Origin: Eledone cirrhosa | Lineage: Eukaryota | Direction: 5' to 3' | Assembly: GCA_964016885.1 (NCBI GenBank) | Contig: OZ024745.1 | Location: 4,340,001 to 4,404,000 of the forward strand | Length of the DNA: 64,000 nucleotides | Part shown: one piece after another, positions 13,001 to 25,900 of the stretch | Numbering within the stretch: position 1 is the stretch's first letter | Layout: the number at the start of each line of letters is the position of its first letter | Notes under the pieces: model-generated | Seen by the model: only the letters and a program-made list of their open reading frames with translations | Database searches by the model: none | What the model was told of the DNA's origin: nothing | Made by a program: the position numbers and the translations under genes

Positions 13001-15868
13001 ATGAGGGAAATTTGGCTGCTATTTCTGACCTGTTGAGTAACTGCATAGAGGTTGATTCACCTATGCATCGAGTTGGAGAAGATGTATCTATTTAATCAAT
13101 TTAAACCTTCGTATAGAGCTAATAAGCCATGACAGACTAGGGGAAATATCCAGTACTTCTTACAGCTGAGAAACAAGAGACAGAGATAAGTGAATATAAA
13201 AATTAAAATAATAAATAAAGTTAAAAGATGAAATAAAATAAATTAAAATATGGAAGGCCAACTGGAAGCAAAATGAAGCCAAAAGACTTTCTTTCACACA
13301 TAACATGTTTTGTAAATGAAGTTATTTCTTTTATTGTGTGAACTAAGTGTAAAAATACTGGGAAAAAGGAGAAGATTGAATTCTAGATGTTTCTAAACGT
13401 GTCATTAATATATGATATTTCACATTCTTGTTGAACCCCTAAACTAGCAGTGTTTAAATATACCTATTGTCAAAGGTATTCCAGCCATGACTATCCTGTC
13501 TTATTTTCACATTGTATCAAGGACTACATTATAAAGTTATACAGAGTGGGTAACCGAGACTGTAATAATGTGTATATAATTATATACACATTTATAATAT
13601 GTATAATTATATAGACATTGAATTTCCCTATAAATTGAAATAATGATAAACACCTTTATATACACATTGTTGCAGTCTCGGTTACACACTCCGTATTTAT
13701 ACAGATATAACTTTATCATATATTTCGGTAGCACACTTTTTAATATATATCTAGGACTACCTGAGAGAGATTTGGCTGTTATTTATAGCAGTTCTGATCA
13801 ACCACAGGCTTGTCATCATTTAACATTTGTTTTGCCTGCTAGCAAGGGTTGGATATGTCATCTCTGACCAGTCAGTACTCAAGTAGAGCCCTTTCTGACC
13901 TCCAGGTTGGCCAGGAGCCTGACATGTGATTCTGTGCTATACTCAATTCATTTTATTGTAGCACCAACATTAGGGCAGTTGTTATATTTTTGACGTAGCT
14001 GAAGTGTTGTCCCATTTGTTGGTCAGGTTTTCTTATGTTGTGCTGTATTGATAAGTGATATTCCCCGTGTTGAACTGATATAAAACATATTGGAGATTTA
14101 ATACGGTCCTTGCCATTCTGAGTTCAAATCCCGCCGAGGTTAACTTTGCCTTTCATCCTTTCGGGGTCGATAAAATAAAGTACCAGTAATACACTGGGTT
14201 AATTGCTGGCCTTGTGCCAAAAAGTAGAAACAATTATTATGGCAGCATTGCTAGAGGGTCGGGTGCCATGCTTTGAAGCATAGTTACCTCCCTTTATGAT
14301 CTGAGTTCAAATCCCGCCGAGGTTAACTTTGCCTTTCATCCTTACGGGGTCGATAAAATAAAGTACCAGTAATGCACTGGGATAATTGCTGGCCTGGTGC
14401 CAAAAGTAGAAACAATTATTATTATTATTATTTTTGATATTATGTCTATAGTTCTATTATTATATATCATTGTTATCATTTTATATTCACTTTCCGTACT
14501 AGCATGGGTTAGACAGGTCACAATTGATGACCAGGCAAGATGGAGTGACCTCATCTTGTATTTTCATGTATCTGTCATTATATATATCATCATCATCATC
14601 ACTAGAAGTAGCAGTCAATATGGTCTATCAGCTCACCATTTAGGGAGCAGTATTTATTATCCGTAATTATTTGCTTCTCTGAATGAGTATGACAAATTTA
14701 ATTCTGTATAATATATATAAATATGTAAGGTGAATTGGCAGAGTCATTGGAACATTGGATAGAATGATAGAATGCTTTGCAGTATTCATTCCAACTCTCT
14801 GTGTCTACAGTTTAAACCTTGGTAAGGTCAACTTTGCCTTTCATTCTTTCAAGGTTGATAAAAGAAGTACCAGTCAACTATTGGGGTCAACTCTTCCTCT
14901 CTCTTCTGGAAGAAATTGGATGTTATTAAACACAGAGAAAGATGAGCGCTGCCAGCTTTAAAATGCCTTCAACATACTATATGTCACGATGGTGCCCCTA
15001 TGATCCCACCAGTCATTATGGGGTCCTTACACATATGTGTATACACACGTAATAATCATATATATATATATATATATTACACACACACATATACAAGGGG
15101 GCTTCAAAAAGTTCATGGAAAAAAGACAATTGGAAAAAACAGTTTAAGTTATGTTTATTTGTCAACATATGCTCTGTCAAGGTCAATACATTTCTACAAG
15201 TGTTGATACCAGCCTTTAAGTCCATCTGTTTAAAACTGAGGGCCATGTGATTTAAACCATGTCAAAGCAGCTTTTTTTTACATCTTCAACTGGGGATCAT
15301 CTTCAACCTCATCTCTTCCACTTCTAAAATGACTTATCCATTTGTAGGGTGTTGATTTCTTTGGGATATTGGCCCCATAAACTTGTTCCAGGGTGTCAAT
15401 AATATGGCTGCTCTTCCACCCTAGTTTTACCATGAATTTGATGTTTTGATGGAGGTCATGTTGCTCGACTGGGTGCTAACTTGCGACTGGCAGCACCACG
15501 TTGCAACATGCATTTAAGGGTTCATGTTGGAACATATTATGACACATTTGTACGAGAACATATAGGGCATTGAGATAAAAATCCCTGTATATAACTTTTA
15601 GCTATATACTTTTTCCACAAACGTTTTGAAGCTCCCCAGTGTATATATATATATATATATATATTTGGCTCCTTCGGTTGAGCACTCTATTGACTTATAT
15701 TGACTTTTTTAGTTTCAGAAGATCCCGTTAAGGGTGAAAGCAGCGATTCTTTGCTTAAACTTTAATCTGTTATTTTAATAAATATTTGCTCTACGGTTCT
15801 TATATATTTGATATATATTTATCCTTATCGAGCCCTCTTTGGATTTTAGTCTTCAAATTTATTATTAT

Positions 15869-15924
<56 letters not shown>

Positions 15925-16234
15925 CGAAAGAGATAATCACCATTTTAATGCAAGTACTATAGTTAATAATCCGTCTGTCTTGTCATATTACCTTCACTAT
16001 GCATCTTTGGATGATGCATTGTCATGGAGACAAATGAAAATCAATAAAAATATACAATGCACAAAATTTTATGAGTTAAAAAAATGAAATAACTGACACA
16101 TTCACACAGCTGTGTTTAAATATACAATGTAAACTGATTATATATCATCATCATCGATTAATGTCCCTATTCCACACTAGCATGGGTTAGGCGGGTCCCA
16201 ATTAGAGGCAAGTTGTGTTGGGTGACCGTGTCTT

Positions 16235-16276
<42 letters not shown>

Positions 16277-16933
16277 ATTTGTTGGTAATAGTAATCTATG
16301 GTGTGTGCCACCTTAAGCACTCCATGTTGTGGTTCCCTAAATGGTATCCGGCTGAGTATTTATTATGTATATAGTTATGGAATGAAGCTTACCAGATAGA
16401 ATGGTCACAGCTTCGGTTGTTTCCTCACTCACTCAATTATTTAATTAAGCCTGAATTATATATATATATATTATTATTATTACAACAATATGACTCTCCC
16501 CAAGTATAACAATATATATATATTGTTATGCTTTGGGAGGGTCATGTTGCCAATAAGAAACACACTCACCAGTTGCTTTCACTTCAATTTATAAATTTCC
16601 GGTTGGTTGGTTCCACAACCAGCCGATTGTTCATATATTGTCAAAGTTCTTTCGTCACAAATTCCTAAATTTATAAATTTAAAAGTGAAAGCAACTGGTG
16701 CGTGTGTTTCTTATTGGCAACATGACCCTCCCAAAGCATAACAATATCGGTTTCAACACACGTTTTCAGATAAAGAATCTTGCTAAACAAATTCAGAAAC
16801 GAAATATATATATATATATATATTTATATTATTCATCCAGCCATAGCAACCAATCCAGAAATAGTTCTGTATGTGCAAGACACAGTCACTTGATCTGACT
16901 TGTCTCACAACAGGACACCTCGTCTAACCCATG

Positions 16934-16972
<39 letters not shown>

Positions 16973-19900
16973 GTTAGTGTGAAAGAATTAATGTTGAAAT
17001 ATCTGAATCTAATTACCCTTTTGATATCAAACTTCCTGAAATTGTTCTTTATTCTATAAGACAGTTTATTTTAAAATGTTTATATTTAAAAACTTTCCAT
17101 CATAATTTTATGTAACAACCTTTGTTAAGTTATATCCCAAACATTTTTTTGATTATTTTCAAAACTATTTGAAAATCCTAGGTAGTGTCTTTCATTAGAA
17201 ATATGGTTATGAAAGAGTTAAACTAATGTTTACATTAATTTTTATCATGATTCTAGACCCAAGTTGTATTTCAGTCCAAGATCATCGTTTTTCAGGCAGA
17301 CTTATGAACCAAATGTTCCAACCTTAAATACCCTGCATTTTCTTCTTTTTCACCTGTAAGGGAGTTATAGGGGATGCTGCAGTGACATATACGGCATATT
17401 TGGGGTAGTTTAAACCTGGCAAAGCCTATTCCCTTTCAATGACTGAACGTTGCTGATTTCTCCCAGAGAAAGAGAAAGGAAGTGAGAAAGATATGTAGAG
17501 GAAAAATCACCCCAGTAGTAGACTGGTACTTTTATTATCGACCTTGAAAGGATGAAAGGCAAAGTTGATCTTGGTGAGATTTGATCTGAGAGAGCCGAAA
17601 CGATTACCACAAAGTATTTTATCTGTTATTCTAACAACTCTGCCAATTCACTGCCACTAAACATTGTATCTAAGACTTCATTATTCATGCCAGCGTGAAA
17701 AACAGATGTAAAACAGTGTGGATGATGATATATAGATTATAAACACACAACCATAGGCAACATATTGCTCATAAGCCACAAGCTGGAGATCTTTTGTTAC
17801 TTTATAGCTCACATCTGTTTTATTTATCTAGTTATTGTGTCAAGTTCAAATCATACCATAGATTTTATTATATATCTTGATTTAAGTCTGTACTTGACTA
17901 TTTTATCTTGTTATCGCAGTGAGGTGAATAAGTTCCAAATTGTAACAGTGTAAAGACAGTCTTTCTCCCTCTGATGTTTATTATTGAATTTCTCTCATCT
18001 TTATTGAATTGTAACAGAAAATAATTATGGACATGGTTCTTTTACAGTCATCCAAGTCTACAAAAAAGGCAAAAGGAAACGAGGATAAGAATAAAAGCAA
18101 CACCTGTTCAGAGGTAAGTTGTTATTTTTTGCTAGAGTGTTACCTGCCATATAACAGGAAATTTTGAGGTATATGTTTGTCACTGCAGTTAACAGTAGGT
18201 ATATAAATGTATAAATAAAAATACTTGAAAGGTGGTAGTGTTGATGTTTTGAAAAAAGCACCCAGTCCACTCTGTAAGATGGTAGTGCTGGTGCTTTGAA
18301 AAAAGCATCCTATCACCCTGTTAGGTGGTTGGCATTAGGAAGAGCATCTAACCATAAGAAAAAGCCAAAACCAGTATATGAGCTAGATGTGGTCACCTGA
18401 CCTGACTCCATAATGTGACAGTTCATCTAACTCATGGAAAATAAATGTTAAAGGGTGATGATGTAATAAATGAATTTACTATTCTTGTAACATTACAAAT
18501 ATACAATCAATACATATTTGTATATATACACTACAAGATTAACTGGTACTGCGTAACCCATGTTAGTGTGGAAAAATGGATGTAAAACGGTGATGATGAT
18601 ATACATATTGAGCATGTAAAGTTAAACATTTTTTGCCCTCCTCTCTCTTTCTCTACCGCTCCACTCAGTATGTATACTTCCCCTTCAAACCATATGTTAT
18701 TTCTCTTTACCCCCCCCCCCCCTCTCTCTATATATAAATATATATATATATGTGTGTGTGTATTGACACAGTTATTATCTTAACCACTTCACCATGCCTG
18801 CACTCATTACCTTCTCATGTGTAGTCCATTACATCCAGCCCAGTACATATCTTTTATAGCAGTACAGTTATAATGGAAACCACTTCAGCATGTCTGTACC
18901 AACACCACCAGCCCAGTACATATCTTTTATAGCAGTACAGTTATAATGGAAACCACTTCAGCATGTCTGTACCAACACCAGCAGCCCAGTATATATCCTT
19001 TATAGCAGTACAGTTATAATGGAAACCACTTCAGCATGTCTGTACCACCACCACCAGCCCAGTATATATCCTTTATAGCAGTACAGTTATAATGGAAACC
19101 ACTTCAGCATGTCTGTACCAACACCACCAGCCCAGTATATATCCTTTATAGCAGTACAGTTATAATGGAAACCACTTCAGCATGTCTGTACCTACACCAC
19201 CAGCCCAGTACACATCTTTTATAGCAGTACAGTTATAATGGAAACCACTTCAGCATGTCTGTACCAACACCAGCAGCCCAGTACATATCTTTTATAGCAG
19301 TACAGTTATAATGGAAACCACTTCAGCATGTCTGTACCACCACCACCAGCCCAGTACATATCTTTTATAGCAGTACAGTTATAATGGAAACCACTTCAGC
19401 ATGTCTGTACCACCACCACCAGCCCAGTATATATCCTTTATAGCAGTACAGTTATAATGGAAACCACTTCAGCATGTCTGTACCTACACCACCAGCCCAG
19501 TACACATCTTTTATAGCAGTACAGTTATAATGGAAACCACTTCAGCATGTCTGTACCAACACCACCAGCCCAGTACATATCTTTTATAGCAGTACAGTTA
19601 TAATGGAAACCACTCCAGCATGTCTGTACCTACACCACCAGCCCAGTATATATCCTTTATAGCAGTACAGTTATAATGGAAACCACTTCAGCATGTCTGT
19701 ACCAACACCACCAGCCCAGTACACATCTTTTATAGCAGTACAGTTATAATGGAAACCACTTCAGCATGTCTGTACCAACACCAGCAGCCCAGTACATATC
19801 TTTTATAGCAGTACAGTTATAATGGAAACCACTTCAGCATGTCTGTACCAACACCAGCAGCCCAGTACATATCTTTTATAGCAGTACAGTTATAATGGAA

Positions 19901-22900
19901 ACCACTTCAGCATGTCTGTACCAACACCACCAGCCCAGTACATATCTTTTATAGCAGTACAGTTATAATGGAAACCACTTCAGCATGTCTGTACCAACAC
20001 CACCAGCCCAGTACATATCTTTTATAGCAGTACAGTTATAATGGAAACCACTTCAGCATGTCTGTACCAACACCAGCAGCCCAGTACATATCTTTTATAG
20101 CAGTACAGTTATAATGGAAACCACTTCAGCATGTCTGTACCAACACCACCAGCCCAGTACATATCTTTTATAGCAGTACAGTTATAATGGAAACCACTTC
20201 AGCATGTCTGTACCAACACCACCAGCCCAGTACATATCTTTTATAGCAGTACAGTTATAATGGAAACCACTTCAGCATGTCTGTACCAACACCAGCAGCC
20301 CAGTACATATCTTTTATAGCAGTACAGTTATAATGGAAACCACTTCAGCATGTCTGTACCAACACCAGCAGCCCAGTACATATCTTTTATAGCAGTACAG
20401 TTATAATGGAAACCACTTCAGCATGTCTGTACCAACACCAGCAGCCCAGTACATATCTTTTATAGCAGTACAGTTATAATGGAAACCACTTCAGCATGTC
20501 TGTACCAACACCACCAGCCCAGTACATATCTTTTATAGCAGTACAGTTATAATGGAAACCACTTCAGCATGTCTGTACCTACACCACCAGCCCAGTACAT
20601 ACCTTTTATAGCAGTACAGTTATAATGGAAACCACTTCAGCATGTCTGTACCTACACCACCAGCCCAGTACATATCTTTTATAGCAGTACAGTTATAAGA
20701 ACATTTCAATCCATGACCTTGTTTGGTCAGTATTTAACTCTTAAAATGTTTAAAATCGAGTTTATTTCAAATGTTTATTGTATCTTTACTAGTCGACAGA
20801 CTGCTGTGAAAATTTGCAATAAACTAAAATAAAGATTTTAATTTTTAATGTAATGCTATGTATTTTTTATGCATGTTTTATTAATGGGGTTTCATGAGGC
20901 ACAGGGCATTTAGAGTTAAAATAAAATAAACTTCCAGCATGGAAAAAAAAATGCCACTTTTAGATTTTAAAAATACCATCATAGAACGACAGATATCCTG
21001 CTTTGAATTAGTTTCCTCAATTCTTTTGGTAAAGGGATTTTATCCTGAAATATTAAAGACTATTAAACAATTCCAAGGTAACATTTCAACATCTTTGTTA
21101 TTATATTGTTTAACATTTAATGTCCCATTTGTATTGCTGTAACCTTCTAATGAGACATGGTAATTTTTCTTGTTTTAGGTAAAACCACCTCCAGATTATA
21201 TCAAATCCCGACTAGATTTATGGGATAAATGGAAGAAATCCTACAGTGATTGGCTGGCAGCTCAACCTAGTGTAGATATTAAGATTACTTTGCCTGATGG
21301 CAAGGAAGTAAATGGCCAGTCATGGCGTACAACCCCTTACGATGTTGCTAAAGGAATCAGGTAAAAATTGGCTTGAAGATCTTGTGCGAATTTTGTCTTC
21401 ACTATCCTGATGTTACCTTGTATATATGTCTTTTTTTAAACCATCACCCACTTCCTTCTGACTTAGACATATTTGCAATACATGAGTCACTAGACAGTTG
21501 CATGACCTGCCAGAAATGCAACTAAATCTCTCTCAAATCATATCTTACTGTCTTAATCAAAGAAAACACATTGGATCATGTAGTCCTAGATATCCTTAAC
21601 ACTTTTCATACCAATTTTCCTCAAACCACATCTAATTGTATGGAACAAAACCACCCATTTTAAAAGGCTCCTCCTATCCAAATTAAAATCTTCCAACATA
21701 ATTTTATATAGGAAGCCTGTGCAGTGCACTCTTCATATGAATGGAGTTCCACTGAAGCAGGTAGAGAAGTTCAAGTATCTCGGGGCTGTGTTCATGAGTG
21801 ATGGAAGGCAGGAGGCTGAATTAAGTGTAAGAATTGCAGGAGCTGGTGCAGTAATGTGCTAGCTTCAGCATTTGGTAATTAGAAGAAGGGAGTTAGGTGT
21901 AAAAGCCAAACTCACTATCTTCAATTCAGTATTCATGCCAACCCTTAATTATGGTCATGAAATTTGGGTAATGACTGAAAGAATATGATCACGAATTTGA
22001 GCGGCCGAAAATAGGGGTTTCTCCAAAAGGTCTTCAGAGTAATGTTACTTGATAGAGTGTATAGCTCAGAGATGAGAGGGTCACTCCAGGTAGAGCTGCT
22101 ACTTCTCTAAATTGGGAGACCACAGCTCTGATATTATGTATATGTGTTTGGAATGTCTAAGGAAAGAATCCCTGGACAGATTTTACAAACAAAACTAACC
22201 GGCAGGAGACCTAGAGGTAAACCACAAGCAAGATGGTTTGATAATAGCCATATGGTCAATTGGTCTCGGGGATCCAGCCGGATCATTTGGAGGTGGTTGT
22301 TTCTAATAGAACCTGTTGGAAGGCATGTCTGAAGACTCTTCTGCCACAAAATATATATATTTGGTTTGTATGTGGCAGTGTAGGTCAGAAGTTTACTTCT
22401 AAAGCATGCAGTTCCTGGTTCAATCCTACTATGTGGCACCTTATGGAAGTATTTTCTGTAGCCTCAGGCTGACCAGTGTCCTGTTGATGAGTTTCTAGAT
22501 GGGAACTCTGTCAGAGCCCATTGTTTGTGTATGTGATTGTCTACCTATTGCAATGACTCTAGTCATAGAAAGAAAAGTGTAACTGTTGCTAGCAGGGAAA
22601 GCAGACATTAAATGATGAATGATGAGGAAATAATTATCCACTTTCTCCATCTTTAAACATTATCAAACTGTTTCTTTTTTATCACTTTTTTCAGTCAAGG
22701 ATTAGCTGATAATACAGTGATATCCAAGGTGAATAATGAGTTGTGGGATATTGAACGCCCACTGGAGAAAGATTGTACCATCAAGTTTTTAAAATTTGAT
22801 GACGATGAAGGTAAAATTTCTGGATATCTATTTTAAACAATTTCATAATAGTTCAATATTTAGATACAGGCTTTTGTTTCACCATGGTCTTCTTAATCTG

Positions 22901-25900
22901 AAGTATTTTCTTTGTCAACAAATGGAAGTTATTTAAATCAACAACAAGCCTGCACTGGTACTTTGGTAACCAAAGGGCTGAAAAGAGGGACAATGTCTGG
23001 AGCCATTCCAGACCCTCACTGGCTAGGAGAATAAGGATGGGCTAGTGTGGTCAATGTACAAGTTAAAATTGTATGGGTAATGTAAAGAAGATATTTTCAG
23101 CGATATTACAGTTCTAATGAAGAAAACATTGGATGGTTTTTAGTACAGACTTAAAACACAATAGAGAGATACAAGTAAAGACAGTCTAGATACTTGAAAG
23201 AGCAATGATAGCAAGGATAGTAGAATATACTGCAGACTGGTATGGGGAGTTTCCCATTGAGAAAGTTACATGATAGGGTGGGTTGGAGATGAGGGAGTCA
23301 CTCTAGTTACATGATAGGGTGGGTTGGAGATGAGGGAGTCACTCTAGTTACATGATAGGGTGGGTTGGAGATGAGGGAGTTGCTCTAGTTACATGATAGG
23401 GTGGGTTGGAGATGAGGGAGTCACTCTAGTTACATGATAGGGTGGGTTGGAGATGAGGGAGTTGCTCTAGTTACATGATAGGGTGGGTTGGAGATGAGGG
23501 AGTCACTCTAGTTACATGATAGGGTGTGTTGGAGATGAGGGAGTTGCTCTAGTTACATGATAGGGTGGGTTGGAGATGAGGGAGTTGCTCTAGTTACATG
23601 ATAGGGTGGGTTGGAGATGAGGGAGTTGCTCTAGTTACATGATAGGGTGTGTTGGAGATGAGGGAGTCACTCTAGTTACATGATAGGGTGTGTTAGAGAT
23701 GAGGGAGTCGCTCTAGTTACATGATAGGGTGGGTTGGAGATGAGGGAGTCACTCTAGTTACATGATAGGGTGGGTTGGAGATGAGGGAGTTGCTCTAGTT
23801 ACATGATAGGGTGTGTTGGAGATGAGGGAGTTACTCTAGTTACATGATAGGGTGGGTTGGAGATGAGGGAGTTGCTCTAGTTACATGATAGGGTGGGTTG
23901 GAGATGAGGGAGTCACTCTAGTTACATGATAGGGTGTGTTGGAGATGAGGGAGTTACTCTAGTTACATGATAGGGTGGGTTGGAGATGAGGGAGTTACTC
24001 TAGTTACATGATAGGGTGGGTTGGAGATGAGGGAGTTGCTCTAGTTATATGATAGGGTGTGTTGGAGATGAGGGAGTTACTCTAGTTACATGATAGGGTG
24101 GGTTGGAGATGAGGGAGTTGCTCTAGTTACATGATAGGGTGTGTTGGAGATGAGGGAGTCACTCTAGTTACATGATAGGGTGTGTTAGAGATGAGGGAGT
24201 CGCTCTAGTTACATGATAGGGTGGGTTGGAGATGAGGGAGTCACTCTAGTTACATGATAGGGTGGGTTGGAGATGAGGGAGTTGCTCTAGTTACATGATA
24301 GGGTGTGTTGGAGATGAGGGAGTTACTCTAGTTACATGATAGGGTGGGTTGGAGATGAGGGAGTTGCTCTAGTTACATGATAGGGTGTGTTGGAGATGAG
24401 GGAGTTACTCTAGTTACATGATAGGGTGGGTTGGAGATGAGGGAGTTGCTCTAGTTACATGATAGGGTGTGTTGGAGATGAGGGAGTCGTTCCAGTTAGA
24501 GCTGCTACTTCTCTGCATCGGCAGATCACAACTCCGGTCCTACCAATATATGGTTAGAATGACAAAGGAAAGAATTGCTGGACAGATTTTACTGTCAAAG
24601 CTAAACAGGAGGAGACCCTGAGTTAATCCATGGGCTAGATGGTTGGATAACATTCCTAAACTTTGTTTGTCTCACTTGAGGATCCGGCTGGATCATTTGG
24701 AAACGGCTGCTTCTGAAAGGAGCCTCTGGAAAGTGAGGATTCTTTTCTTACGAACCCCCCCGGGAATAATTTGAACAAAGAGAATACACTTATTAGAAAT
24801 ATTGATTAATCAAGCATCTTAACTATTTAGCCATCTTCTTCTTCTTCCTCTTATTCCTGAAAGATAGGTTGTTGTGGCTGCTGTAAGTTTATGTTGGCAC
24901 TGGACACCTGACAAGGATGGCAGTGATTGGAAAGGAACGACGATGGGGAGACTTTAAACTTCTGTTAATAGGCTCTCTATTATGAATACCCTCTTCCAGC
25001 ACAGTGATGTCTATTTACCATCTCCTCAGATATCTCCACAGACATCTCCTTAGCCATCTCCAACACACAGACATCTCCTTAGCCATCTCCAACACACAGA
25101 CATCTCCTTAGCCATCTCCAACACACAGACATCTCCTTAGCCATCTCCAACACACAGACATCTCCTTAGCCATCTCCAGCACACAGACATCTGTTTAGCC
25201 AAAATTAAATTCTTAATTAATATTTATTGATACAGTCTCATTTTTTTCCCCAGGGAAACAAGTATTTTGGCATTCCAGTGCCCATATTCTTGGAGAAGCC
25301 ATGGAACTGAAATATGGTGGGCATCTTTGTTATGGACCACCTATAGATGGAGGATTTTACTATGACATGTTCATTGATGATGAGTATGTATTCTCTCATT
25401 TACTATTATTAATTGGATTGGCAGAATCGGTAGAGTACTGGACAACATTTTGCAGTATAGAGTTATGGCACATCATGATCGATAAAATAAAGTACCAGTA
25501 ATGCACTGGAGTTGATTTAATCAACTTTCCCCTCCCCCCTAACTTGGCCTTGTATCTAAAACAGAAACCATTGTTTATTTTCCACAGCAAGACTATGGAG
25601 GAGAAAGTTATTATGAGATTATTATGAGATTATTTTTCTGTTTCTTGTGTGTGTAAAGGACCTCTCTTGTTTCTGATAAGTGCTTCACTTGGTTTAATCA
25701 ATGGCTTAGTGGTTAGAGCATTGGGCTTGCAATCGAAAGGTTGTGAGTTCAATTCTCGGACCGGGTGATGTGTTGTTTCCTTGAGCAAGACACTTTATTT
25801 CACGTTGCTCCAGTTTACTCAACTTTAGAAATGAGATGATAGGACTGGGGTCCCTATCATTAAATCACCCAAGACACCTCCAACGAGATATACCTTGGAG

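Noticed and set aside
25701-25775. tRNA-like A and B boxes here and at 8.2, 8.9, 14.3 and 29.05 kb
   Set aside because: They continue into shared repeat bodies and do not form a clean cloverleaf, so they are SINE heads rather than tRNA genes.
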